Assembly: GCA_964619405.1 (NCBI GenBank)
Contig: CAZUCF010000001.1
Location: 33,633 to 97,632 of the forward strand
Origin: an uncultured archaeon
GTDB taxonomy: Archaea > Iainarchaeota > Iainarchaeia > Iainarchaeales > JAAZKV01
Length of the DNA: 64,000 bases
Direction: 5' to 3'
The notes below the pieces were generated by a model. That model ran no database searches. It saw only the letters and a list, made by a program, of their open reading frames with translations, and was not told the DNA's origin. This document shows, one piece after another, positions 10,461-19,758 of the stretch (the first letter of the stretch is position 1; every line of letters starts with the position of its first letter). A program made the translations under genes and the position numbers.

Positions 10461-11120
10461 TTACTTTGATTTTTTGTCCAAAACATTTTTTACAAAAAAA
10501 GGAATCCAACCAGCAATAGCACCAAAAATAAAAGTTAGGAAAATGTTTTTTCTTAACATTGACCAATAATCAATTGAAATTAATTGTTTTACTGTATTAC
10601 CACCTGTTGTTTGAAATTGCGCTATGTACTCTTCATTCAATTTTTGAGCGGTTTCATTACAACTTTGAGAACTATTATCAAAACAAAAATATAACCCGTA
10701 TTGAACGCCTTGCCTTGGTTGTGAAACAGCATCAGCATAATACCAAGAAATAGTTAAATAATTTCCTAAAAGCAAAAACACAATTAATATTATTGGAAAA
10801 AAAATACTAAAAGCTTCTTTTGTTTCAAAATAATTGTTCCACCATTTTATTGCAAAAAAAGCAAAAAAGAAACCTGCTATTGGGGCAAACCAATAGAACA
10901 AAGAAACCCAATTATTAAAAGGAATAAACAAACCTATTATTGGGACACCAACTAAACTACTTAAAGTGTTACTAGAAATACAAGTTGAACTAACTTGACT
11001 CGGAGCAACAAAAATACTCAAACAAGCCCCACCAAGAAACCACATTAAAAAATAAGCTATAAAAAACCAAATAATAGTCATTAACAAAAATTGTTTATTA
11101 TCTAATTTCTTCATCATCAC
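10461..11120 (-). CDS. Hypothetical membrane protein
   Basis: Several TM helices and paired Cys in predicted loops. Confidence 0.7.
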   Translation of the reverse strand: MMMKKLDNKQFLLMTIIWFFIAYFLMWFLGGACLSIFVAPSQVSSTCISSNTLSSLVGVPIIGLFIPFNNWVSLFYWFAPIAGFFFAFFAIKWWNNYFETKEAFSIFFPIILIVFLLLGNYLTISWYYADAVSQPRQGVQYGLYFCFDNSSQSCNETAQKLNEEYIAQFQTTGGNTVKQLISIDYWSMLRKNIFLTFIFGAIAGWIPFFVKNVLDKKSK

Positions 11121-11236
11121 ACCTTTAAAAAAAATAAGGATAAAAGGCTTTTAAGCATTGCTAATAAAACCAAATTGAACCTAATTTAACTTACTTAACA
11201 AATCCTATTTTAACCTTTACTCGCAAAAAAATATTT

Positions 11237-12199
11237 ATGGATGACAATAATTTACCATGGGTTGAAAAATACCGTCCAAAAAAAATAAAAGATATTGTGG
11301 GACATGATGATTTAACTAAAAGATTCGCTAGCTATATTATAAAAAAAAGTATTCCTAACCTACTATTTTCTGGTCCAGCAGGAACAGGAAAAACTTCTTC
11401 AAGCATTGCTCTAGCAAAAGAATTATTCAATGATAGTTTTGAACAAAATTTTTTAGAATTAAATGCGAGTGACGACAGAGGAATTGATGTTGTTAGAAAC
11501 ACTATAAAAGATTTTGCTAGAACACTTGCTTTTGACTCGGGATTCAAAATAATTTTTTTAGATGAGTGTGATGCTCTGACAAGTGATGCCCAACAAGCAT
11601 TAAGAAGAACAATGGAAAAATATACTAAAACGTGTAGATTTATTTTGTCATGTAATTATTCTTCAAAAATAATTGAACCATTACAAAGCAGGTGTGTTGT
11701 TTACAGATTTAAACCATTAAATGGAGAAGAAATCAAAAAACAAATAAAAAATATTTCTAATATTGAAAAACTAAAGATAAGTGATGAAGCTTTAGAAGCA
11801 ATAAATTATGTTGCCCAAGGCGATTTGAGAAAAGCTATTAATGTTCTACAAGCAAGCTCAAGCATAAAAGATAGTATTGATGAAGAAACAGTTTATAGTG
11901 TTTCATCGAGAGCAAGACCAGAACAAATACAAGAAATGATTTTGTTTGCATTAGACGGAAAATTTTTGGATGCGAGAAAAAAATTGGATCAATTAATGTA
12001 CGAGCATGGCATGAGTGGTGAAGACATAATAAAACAATTATACAGGGAAACAATGAGTCTTAGTGAAGACAAAATTTCAAATAAAACAAAAATTGAATTA
12101 GTTAATATTATTGGAGAATATGATTTTAGAATGGTTGAAGGGGCAAATGAAAGAATACAATTAGAAGCTTTAATTGCACAGTACTTAAAATTTAAGTGA
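11237..12199 (+). CDS. rfcS: Replication factor C small subunit
   Basis: PWVEKYRP, GPAGTGKT, LELNASDDRGID, FLDECD, SRC motif; no intein. Confidence 0.97.
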   Translation: MDDNNLPWVEKYRPKKIKDIVGHDDLTKRFASYIIKKSIPNLLFSGPAGTGKTSSSIALAKELFNDSFEQNFLELNASDDRGIDVVRNTIKDFARTLAFDSGFKIIFLDECDALTSDAQQALRRTMEKYTKTCRFILSCNYSSKIIEPLQSRCVVYRFKPLNGEEIKKQIKNISNIEKLKISDEALEAINYVAQGDLRKAINVLQASSSIKDSIDEETVYSVSSRARPEQIQEMILFALDGKFLDARKKLDQLMYEHGMSGEDIIKQLYRETMSLSEDKISNKTKIELVNIIGEYDFRMVEGANERIQLEALIAQYLKFK

Positions 12200-12203
12200 T
12201 TTA

Positions 12204-12572
12204 ATGAGAATTCAAAATCTTTTTTTGACTCAAACAAAAGCAAAAACAATTGCTCAAAGAACGAGTTCAAAACAAATTGAAAGAACAATTAAATTAGAAA
12301 ACAAAGCAAGAAATTTGAATGCAAGATTCAAAAGAAAATCATATTACCGAATAAGAAGAATAGCACAGGGTCTTGAAAATGCTGAACAAAAAAATTCTTT
12401 TATAAAAACTTCAAGGGAAAGTGCCAAACTTATAATGATTGAATGTGAAATTCCAAGAAAACATTGGAGAATTATTCTTGATAAAGTTGAACTTTGGGCA
12501 AAATATAATTTTGCAGGAAATAAAACAAAATTAAAAGAAATTGAGAGAACAATATCTAATAGTATAGGTTAG
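12204..12572 (+). CDS. Hypothetical basic protein
   Basis: 122-aa K/R-rich ORF starting 4 nt after rfcS; no recognised motif. Confidence 0.55.
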   Translation: MRIQNLFLTQTKAKTIAQRTSSKQIERTIKLENKARNLNARFKRKSYYRIRRIAQGLENAEQKNSFIKTSRESAKLIMIECEIPRKHWRIILDKVELWAKYNFAGNKTKLKEIERTISNSIG

Positions 12573-12926
12573 TTTCTGGCCAAGAAAGAATGGGAAGAAC
12601 TTTCGTAAGTTATTTATCATGGGCTACTGAATCTAATTGGAACAATGTTAGAAAAAATATGAATTAAAACCATTGACTCAATCTTGTTTGATTTTTGAAA
12701 TGATTTATTAGAAAAGATTTTTCATAGATGCAACATAAATAGTTGATGAAATTCAACTTCCAAAAAAGGAAGAAAATATTTCAGTAATAAAAGAGCCAAA
12801 ATAGCGCCCAAAGTTCTTGGACGAAAAGAATTTGTGGATTCTTAAAAATTTTATTAGTAGTCTACAATGGGACCACCGGCATGATACTTCCAAAGTGATT
12901 ATAAAGCTTCGAAAAACAGTTTTATT

Positions 12927-14096
12927 ATGAGTAAATATACTGAAATTCATTTAATTAATTTTCCAAAAAACACTACTATTATGCTTGAAAATAAATTCCG
13001 ACAACAATTTATCAAAAACTTTATTGATTCTTGCAACACATGGAAAAAAGCTGTCGAATATTTGAATAACAAGAGTGGCTTTTATAATGTAAAAACGAAA
13101 ATTGGTGTTGGTTCATTATCACACTGGTTTTATGGAATTGAAAAAACAAGTAAAAAAACCAGAAGAATGTCTTTATGGGCAATCATTGAAATAGCTAAAA
13201 AAAACAACATAAACTTGAAAAAAATAGAACAAAATGTATTAGATATTTGTTCAATCGGAAGAGGAACTTCTGTGAAAGCAAAATTTCCACTTTATTTAAC
13301 CCCTGAGCTTGTATCAATTGCCTTTCATCTTTTCGGAGACGGCTATCTTGCGAAAAAAGGACAACAATCACATTACCGACAAGTAAATCAAGAAGGACTA
13401 AATAATTTCAAACAAAAATTGCTTAACTGTTTTGGCAAATTTAATATTGTTATTTCTGAAAAATCAAAAATTGCTATCCCAAAAGTTCTTAGCGAATTTC
13501 TAAAAGAATATTTAAATCTTGGAAGTTGTTATTGGAACAAGTCAAGAATAAATAAAACCATTAAGAAATTGCCCAAAGAATTCCTGCTTGCTGGTCTAAA
13601 TGCATTCATTGTTGATGAAGGACACATAGGTGAAAGTATTGAAATTTACTCAGGAAACAAATTACTTTTGCAAGATATTAAAGAAATTGCTGAAAAGTTA
13701 GGGTATAATACTTCAAAAATTGATATAAAAATTTACAAAAAAAGCAAGACTTATAGAACAAGAATTTCTACGAAAAATGCTCAACTTTTACTTCAAGATA
13801 TTCAATTGTTATCAAAGAAATTTCCTACTTGTGGACTTGCTCACAAAGAACACTTACTCGAGGAGATTGTAAGACGACAAACTCGAGATTGGAAAACACG
13901 ACCCACTGGAGAAACCAAAGAAAGGATAATAACTTTACTTACCAAGGGCAATATAAATTCTAAGGAACTGCGACTCAAACTAAATATCAGCGGAAGCACA
14001 CTTAGAGAACATCTTATCACATTGGAAGCTCAAAACAAAGTTAAGCGAATTCGACAACCAAATAGTTGTTGTCTTCTTTGGTCAAAAATCAAATAA
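12927..14096 (+). CDS. Free-standing LAGLIDADG homing-endonuclease-like protein with C-terminal HTH
   Basis: Two LAGLIDADG-like helices (SIAFHLFGDG; AGLNAFIVDEG); C-terminal ArsR/DeoR-like HTH (INSKELRLKLNISGSTLREHLITLE); no Hint termini. Confidence 0.8.
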   Translation: MSKYTEIHLINFPKNTTIMLENKFRQQFIKNFIDSCNTWKKAVEYLNNKSGFYNVKTKIGVGSLSHWFYGIEKTSKKTRRMSLWAIIEIAKKNNINLKKIEQNVLDICSIGRGTSVKAKFPLYLTPELVSIAFHLFGDGYLAKKGQQSHYRQVNQEGLNNFKQKLLNCFGKFNIVISEKSKIAIPKVLSEFLKEYLNLGSCYWNKSRINKTIKKLPKEFLLAGLNAFIVDEGHIGESIEIYSGNKLLLQDIKEIAEKLGYNTSKIDIKIYKKSKTYRTRISTKNAQLLLQDIQLLSKKFPTCGLAHKEHLLEEIVRRQTRDWKTRPTGETKERIITLLTKGNINSKELRLKLNISGSTLREHLITLEAQNKVKRIRQPNSCCLLWSKIK

Positions 14097-15323
14097 AGTT
14101 TTTTGTTTGTTATAATAATCCAAAACAACACTTTTTTTCTTCCACTTGTTAATTGGAATTCTGAATTGCTTTCCAATATACTTTAAAGCTAAATCAATTG
14201 TAGAAAATATTTTTGGTTGTTTTTGTAGGGCTGCTTTTGTCGTTTCGCCACACACCCATGAACCAAGTGGCAATTTATACCCTTCTCCAATTTCTCTAAA
14301 AACAATCACCATTGCTTGTTGCTTTTTTGAAAGTAAATATTCTAAAACAGATAATCGCACAGTATAATATGCACCAGTAACTTCATTAGCATAATTTTTT
14401 CGTCCATCAAAGAATTCATAATCATGAAATATTTTAACTTCTTCAAATTTTGAACCAATATTCCAAATACTTCCAGGAACCCATGTCTCCAATTGTTCAA
14501 ATGCCCATGCCTTTGGCAATAAAAGAACAATAAAGTGATTATCAAGATAATTTTCTTCAAAAACCTGTATTGAATCAATCAATGAAAATTCTTTTATTTT
14601 TTCTAAAATATTTTTACCAATATTATCAGTCGTTGCTACTAATGCCCATCTCGTAGGAACAATCTTCCTATCTTTTTTAACACCCAGCGCTCCAGACGAA
14701 AGAATTTTTGCAAGAAAAGAAACAGAAAAACCGTCTTTGAATAAATCAATCAAAGCAGTATTTGATTTTGCATCAACATCAGAAAAAAAGTAATCAACTT
14801 TTTTAGGAATTTTTGTATTCTCATTAAAAGACAATTTATCTAATTCAGCAGATGGCCCCATTGGTGCTGCAAAAGAATCAAATTTTGTTTCATTCTTAGG
14901 AGTTTTTTTTAATGAAACATTTAAATCAATTAATGATTCTGACATAGCAAGTTCTTGAAAATCTAATAATTCATAATTAGGGTTTGAGGCAAGAGACACA
15001 GGCATTGTTTTGTATGAACGAAGTAATGATTCTCTAAAAGAAATTATTTTTTCTTGTGACAAACCAAACCATTCTTCAGGTTTATCAGAAATTGAAGAAA
15101 CCTCTTCAGGCAAAGCGGATAAGGGCGCAACAGCTACTTTGGGATAATTTTGCCATGAAACAAAAAACCCTGGTGGCGTAGCACCAACAAAAGAATTATC
15201 TTTTATTTTAGAAATTATTCGGCTTGAAGAAAAATTTTTTTCTAAAATAGGACATTTTTTTAAACCACAAAGCAACTTACCCTTACACTTAACACATAAC
15301 TCGGGAGAAATCATTTTTACCAA
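14082..15323 (-). CDS. nreA: Nre family DNA repair protein
   Basis: N-terminal CVKCKGKLLCGLKKCP, KIVPTRWA, C-terminal PIP box QKTLFDF. Confidence 0.92.
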   Translation of the reverse strand: MVKMISPELCVKCKGKLLCGLKKCPILEKNFSSSRIISKIKDNSFVGATPPGFFVSWQNYPKVAVAPLSALPEEVSSISDKPEEWFGLSQEKIISFRESLLRSYKTMPVSLASNPNYELLDFQELAMSESLIDLNVSLKKTPKNETKFDSFAAPMGPSAELDKLSFNENTKIPKKVDYFFSDVDAKSNTALIDLFKDGFSVSFLAKILSSGALGVKKDRKIVPTRWALVATTDNIGKNILEKIKEFSLIDSIQVFEENYLDNHFIVLLLPKAWAFEQLETWVPGSIWNIGSKFEEVKIFHDYEFFDGRKNYANEVTGAYYTVRLSVLEYLLSKKQQAMVIVFREIGEGYKLPLGSWVCGETTKAALQKQPKIFSTIDLALKYIGKQFRIPINKWKKKSVVLDYYNKQKTLFDF

Positions 15324-15364
15324 CTAATGAACAGCTCAATAACGAACTGATTAATAATAAAATA

Positions 15365-16813
15365 TTAGTAAGATGTAGCAATGTAAATTACTTCACTAGC
15401 TTTTTTCCCGCAAACAACACAATTACCACTTGGTTTTTCTTTTACATCAATTCTTGTTCCCCTTATTTCTCCACCAGTTTCTTTTTCAATTATTTCAGCA
15501 CATTTTTCTCCGTCAAAATCACAAGAACAAAAATTTACTCTGGCAATCCCCTTTCCAACAACCTTTTTTATTTCACTAATATTTTTGCAATCACTAACTA
15601 TTTTTTCAAAAGAATTATTAGCCTCTTTCTTCAAATTATTACTTAAATCTAAACCAATTTTTTTAACAGAATTAATTATATCAGAAATTTTCACAAACTC
15701 TTTTTTTGAATTATCTCTTCGGCAAATAGCAACATTTTTTTTAGCAATATCTTTTGGCCCAATTTCTATTCTCAGTGGAACACCTTTCATCTCCCAAAAA
15801 TAAAATTTTTCACCAGGCCTTTTTTCTGAGGAATCTATTTCAACAGAAATATTTTCTTGTTCAAGCAAAGATTTTATTTTTTCGGCTTCTTTCAAAACAA
15901 GGGGTTCTTTTTCAAAAAGAATTGGAATAATTATTACTTGTAATGGTGCAATCTCAAAAGGGAATCTTAAACCCTTGTTGTCACCGTGAGTAAGAATAAC
16001 AGACGCAAATATTCTTGAAACGCAAGGCCCGTAACAAGTAAGAAAAGCAAATTCTTTTTCTCCTTGTTCATTAGTAAAAGTAACATTAAATGGTTTTGAA
16101 AAATTTTGTCCTAGCATGTGAGTACTTGGTTGTTGAATTACTTTGCCAGAAGGAGTTATTGCATCAGCACCAAAAGTATCAACTGCACCAGGAAACTTGT
16201 CCCATTGTGGCCTCTTAAAAACCATTGTTGGGACACCAAAAATGTCAAACACAACATCCTTTGTTGTTTGCATGTCACCTAAAACGTTTTCGTAAGCATC
16301 TTCACTTGTTCTGAAAGCGCAATGCGTTTCTATCCAATGAAATTCTCTACTCCTAAGAAAAGGCCTAGTCATTTTTGTGTCATAACGAAAAATATTTGCT
16401 CTTTGATATGTTTTGAAAGGAAGGTCTTTGTAAGAACGAATCCACATTGAAAACATTGAGTAAAAAGCTGTTTCGCTTGTTGGACGCAAAGCAAGTTTTT
16501 CTTCAAAAACAGTGTTGCCTGCTCTTTCAACCCAAAACACTTCAGGATTAAAACCCTCAACATGATCACTTTCAAGATTAAAATTTTTTTCAGGAATTAA
16601 TGTTGGAAACCAGTACTTCTTGTGCCCCCTTTTTTTCAAATTTTTTTCAAGATAAAAAAACATTTTCTCCATTGATTCAACGCTCCAAGGTTGAAAAACA
16701 AGGCACCCTTTAACACCATACCTTAGATCAGCAAGTTCAGCAGACTTTATTATCTCAGTAAACCACTCACTTGAATTTTTGTTCTTGTCAATATTGAAAG
16801 TCTCATTAACCAT
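15365..16813 (-). CDS. proS: Proline--tRNA ligase (archaeal/eukaryal type)
   Basis: LALRPTSET, TRPFLRSREFHW, HMLGQNFSK, WEMKGVPLRIEIGP, C-terminal Zn site and terminal Y. Confidence 0.97.
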   Translation of the reverse strand: MVNETFNIDKNKNSSEWFTEIIKSAELADLRYGVKGCLVFQPWSVESMEKMFFYLEKNLKKRGHKKYWFPTLIPEKNFNLESDHVEGFNPEVFWVERAGNTVFEEKLALRPTSETAFYSMFSMWIRSYKDLPFKTYQRANIFRYDTKMTRPFLRSREFHWIETHCAFRTSEDAYENVLGDMQTTKDVVFDIFGVPTMVFKRPQWDKFPGAVDTFGADAITPSGKVIQQPSTHMLGQNFSKPFNVTFTNEQGEKEFAFLTCYGPCVSRIFASVILTHGDNKGLRFPFEIAPLQVIIIPILFEKEPLVLKEAEKIKSLLEQENISVEIDSSEKRPGEKFYFWEMKGVPLRIEIGPKDIAKKNVAICRRDNSKKEFVKISDIINSVKKIGLDLSNNLKKEANNSFEKIVSDCKNISEIKKVVGKGIARVNFCSCDFDGEKCAEIIEKETGGEIRGTRIDVKEKPSGNCVVCGKKASEVIYIATSY

Positions 16814-16899
16814 AATTAAAATAAAGGTATTAAACTTTTTAATAGTATTTAAATGAATTGAGGAGTACCTTTTTATTTGTTTTAGTAAACAAGTTAGCT

Positions 16900-17349
16900 A
16901 TGCCTTTGAAAAGTTTTGTTGATGAAGCAAGAAAAACTAACGCGTTAATGGAAAAAATGAGAAACCAAGAAAATCATTCAAGCGAAAACATTATTGATAT
17001 TAGTGATGGCCAAAACATTCCACAAAAACAATTAGAAAAAATACAAGAACAAAACAAAAGCACTTTTTCTAAACCAATAACACAAAACAAAAATTATAAT
17101 AATTTTGAAAAAAATTATATTAAGAAAAATGAGAATTATAGTTTTCCAAAAACAAATAATGGTTGCACACAAAAAATAGATGAAAGACACAATAATATAA
17201 TAGCAAATATTATACAAAAAAGTAATACCTCAACAGGAAACACTACTTGGGAGAATTGTAAACACAAAAAAGAGTGTAATGGAACAATATATTGCAAAGA
17301 ATTTATGTCATTGTGTGGAAAAGAAAAATGTAATAGGGCAACAAGATAA
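16900..17349 (+). CDS. Hypothetical protein with N/Q-rich linker and C-terminal Cys-rich motif
   Basis: ATG at 16900 (MPLKSFVDE), divergent from proS; C-terminus WENCKHKKECNGTIYCKEFMSLCGKEKC. Confidence 0.6.
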   Translation: MPLKSFVDEARKTNALMEKMRNQENHSSENIIDISDGQNIPQKQLEKIQEQNKSTFSKPITQNKNYNNFEKNYIKKNENYSFPKTNNGCTQKIDERHNNIIANIIQKSNTSTGNTTWENCKHKKECNGTIYCKEFMSLCGKEKCNRATR

Positions 17350-17884
17350 AAAAAATAATTCTAATAAAATAAAAAAATAATTCTTTGAAAATTCAAAATT
17401 AAAAAAACTAATTAACACAAATATTATAATAAAATTAAAAAAAAATAAAATTAAAAGTAAAAAGCGTAATAATAAAAATAATTTAATAATTGCAAAAATT
17501 AAAACTGATTAAAAACAAAATAAAAAAACTTAATTATAAAAATCACTTAAAAAAATAAAAAAATTCAAACTAATTAAAATAATTCACAAAAATTAAAATA
17601 AATTAAAAAAATTTAACTAAAAAGATAAAACTACAAATAACTATTCAAATTTAATTTTATGATTATTAAAATTACAAAAAATAGAAAATAATACTATTCA
17701 AAATAATACATCAAAAAACAAGTATTTTTTAAATATATTAAAAACAATAGTTATTTATGAAACACAAAAACAGTGATTTAGCCACTAAGTAGCAAACTAA
17801 TACAACTAATTTTTCATTTTAGTTTTAACAACATTGATTTTAAAGCCTTTTCAAATAATAAAATTCTTGTAATTGGTGGTAATT

Positions 17885-19630
17885 ATGAGTAAAGAAAACC
17901 TTGAAGCATTATGGCATAGCACAGCACACGTTTTTGCAGAAGCAATAACCAATTTGTACCCCAAAACAAAAATAGCTATTGGCCCACCAATAGAACAAGG
18001 ATTCCACTATGATTTTGAATTAGAAAAAGGAGTAAAAGAAGAGGATTTAAAAAAAATTGAAGAAGAAATGCAAAAAATAATTGATAGACAAGATAACCTT
18101 GAACAAAAATTTGTTTCAATAATTGAAGCAAAAAAACTTTTCAAAAACAATTCTTACAAAATAGAAATGATTAATGATTTAGAAAAAGAAGGCGAGAAAA
18201 AAATTAGTGTGTTTAGCAATGGAAAATTTATGGATATGTGCAAGGGCCCGCACATAAAAAATATTGGTGAAATAAAAGCATTCAAACTAATGAAAATTTC
18301 TAGTGCTTATTGGAAGGGCGATGAAAAAAACAAACAACTAATAAGAGTATACGGAATTTCTTTTAAAACAAAAGAAGAATTAGACGAATTTTTAAAAGAC
18401 AAAGAAAAGTCTGAGAACAATGACCACAACAAAATTGGTAGAGAATTAAATCTTTTCATGACACACGAGTTAGTAGGACAAGGATTACCATTATTGATGC
18501 CAAGAGGAGCAAAAATATTTCAAATACTAACAAGATTCATTGAAGACGAAGAAGAAAAAAGAGGATATGTTTATACTAGAACACCATACATGGCTAAATC
18601 AGATTTGTATAAAGTATCTGGGCACTGGGAACATTACAAAGACGGAATGTTCATAATGGGAAACGAAAATGATAAAGAAGTTCTTGCATTACGACCAATG
18701 ACTTGCCCATACCAATTCTTGATTTACAAGAATGGTTTAAAGTCATACAAGGATTTACCAATCAAGTTCGCTGAAACATCAGTATTATTTAGGAATGAGA
18801 GTTCAGGAGAAATGCATGGTTTGACAAGAGTAAGACAATTCACTTTATCAGAAGGACATGTTATTGTTACACCCGAACAATTAGAAAACGAGTTCAAAGA
18901 AGTCATACACTTAATAGATTACGTAATGGAAACACTTGGGATAAAAGAAGACATTACTTATAGGTTTTCAAAATGGGATCCTGAAAACAAAAAAGGAAAA
19001 TATATTGATAACAAAGAAGCTTGGGAACACTCACAAAAAGAAATGAAAAAAATTTTGGATCACTTGAAAATAAATTATGAAGAAGCAGAAGGCGAAGCAG
19101 CATTCTATGGGCCAAAATTAGATTTACAAGCAAAAAATGTTTACGGAAAAGAAGATACTATTATAACAGTACAAATAGACTTTGCTTTACCAGAAAGATT
19201 TGACATGACTTACATTGACAAAGACGGCAAAAAAAAGAGGCCGTATATAATACACAGGTCATCAATAGGTTGTTACGAGAGAACAATGGCAATGATAATA
19301 GAAAAGTGTGGTGGGAGTTTCCCAACTTGGTTAGCACCAGAACAATTAATTATTATTCCAGTGTCAGACAAATTTTCGGAAGAAGCACAAAAAATTAACC
19401 AACAATTATTAGAAGAAGGAATTAGAAGCAAATTAGATAATAGGAATGAATCACTAGGGTATAGAATAAGGGACGCACAAAAAATTAAATGCCCTTACAT
19501 AGGAGTAATCGGGGCAAAAGAAATTGAAAGCCAAAGCATTTCAATAAGAAATAGGAAAGGCGAACAATTCGTTTTAAAAGTAAATGAATTCATAGAAAAA
19601 ATAAAGAAAGAAATTATTGAAAAAAAATAA
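17885..19630 (+). CDS. thrS: Threonine--tRNA ligase, bacterial type without TGS domain
   Basis: Editing domain WHSTAH and DMCKGPH, SGHWEHY, LRPMTCP, GLTRVRQF, GEAAFYGPKLD, IIHRS. Confidence 0.97.
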   Translation: MSKENLEALWHSTAHVFAEAITNLYPKTKIAIGPPIEQGFHYDFELEKGVKEEDLKKIEEEMQKIIDRQDNLEQKFVSIIEAKKLFKNNSYKIEMINDLEKEGEKKISVFSNGKFMDMCKGPHIKNIGEIKAFKLMKISSAYWKGDEKNKQLIRVYGISFKTKEELDEFLKDKEKSENNDHNKIGRELNLFMTHELVGQGLPLLMPRGAKIFQILTRFIEDEEEKRGYVYTRTPYMAKSDLYKVSGHWEHYKDGMFIMGNENDKEVLALRPMTCPYQFLIYKNGLKSYKDLPIKFAETSVLFRNESSGEMHGLTRVRQFTLSEGHVIVTPEQLENEFKEVIHLIDYVMETLGIKEDITYRFSKWDPENKKGKYIDNKEAWEHSQKEMKKILDHLKINYEEAEGEAAFYGPKLDLQAKNVYGKEDTIITVQIDFALPERFDMTYIDKDGKKKRPYIIHRSSIGCYERTMAMIIEKCGGSFPTWLAPEQLIIIPVSDKFSEEAQKINQQLLEEGIRSKLDNRNESLGYRIRDAQKIKCPYIGVIGAKEIESQSISIRNRKGEQFVLKVNEFIEKIKKEIIEKK

Positions 19631-19758
19631 TAACAAGTTAAAAAAAATTATTGAAAAAAAATAATAATAAGTTAAACAAATTATTGAAAGAAACTAATAA
19701 TAATTCAAATAAAAAACATAACAAAACATTAAAATAAACAAAAAACATATTTTTTAAC

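Noticed and set aside
12252..12265. 14-nt match GCTCAAAGAACGAG shared with 63930-63943
   Set aside because: Matches of this length are expected by chance in 64 kb; no extended similarity
12560..12667. Programmed frameshift extending ORF 12204 into LVSGQERMGRTFVSYLSW...
   Set aside because: No slippery site or recognisable homology; decay or chance is equally likely
17350..17870. Replication origin in the long AT-rich spacer
   Set aside because: No ORB-like G-string repeats, no adjacent orc1/cdc6, and no visible skew switch
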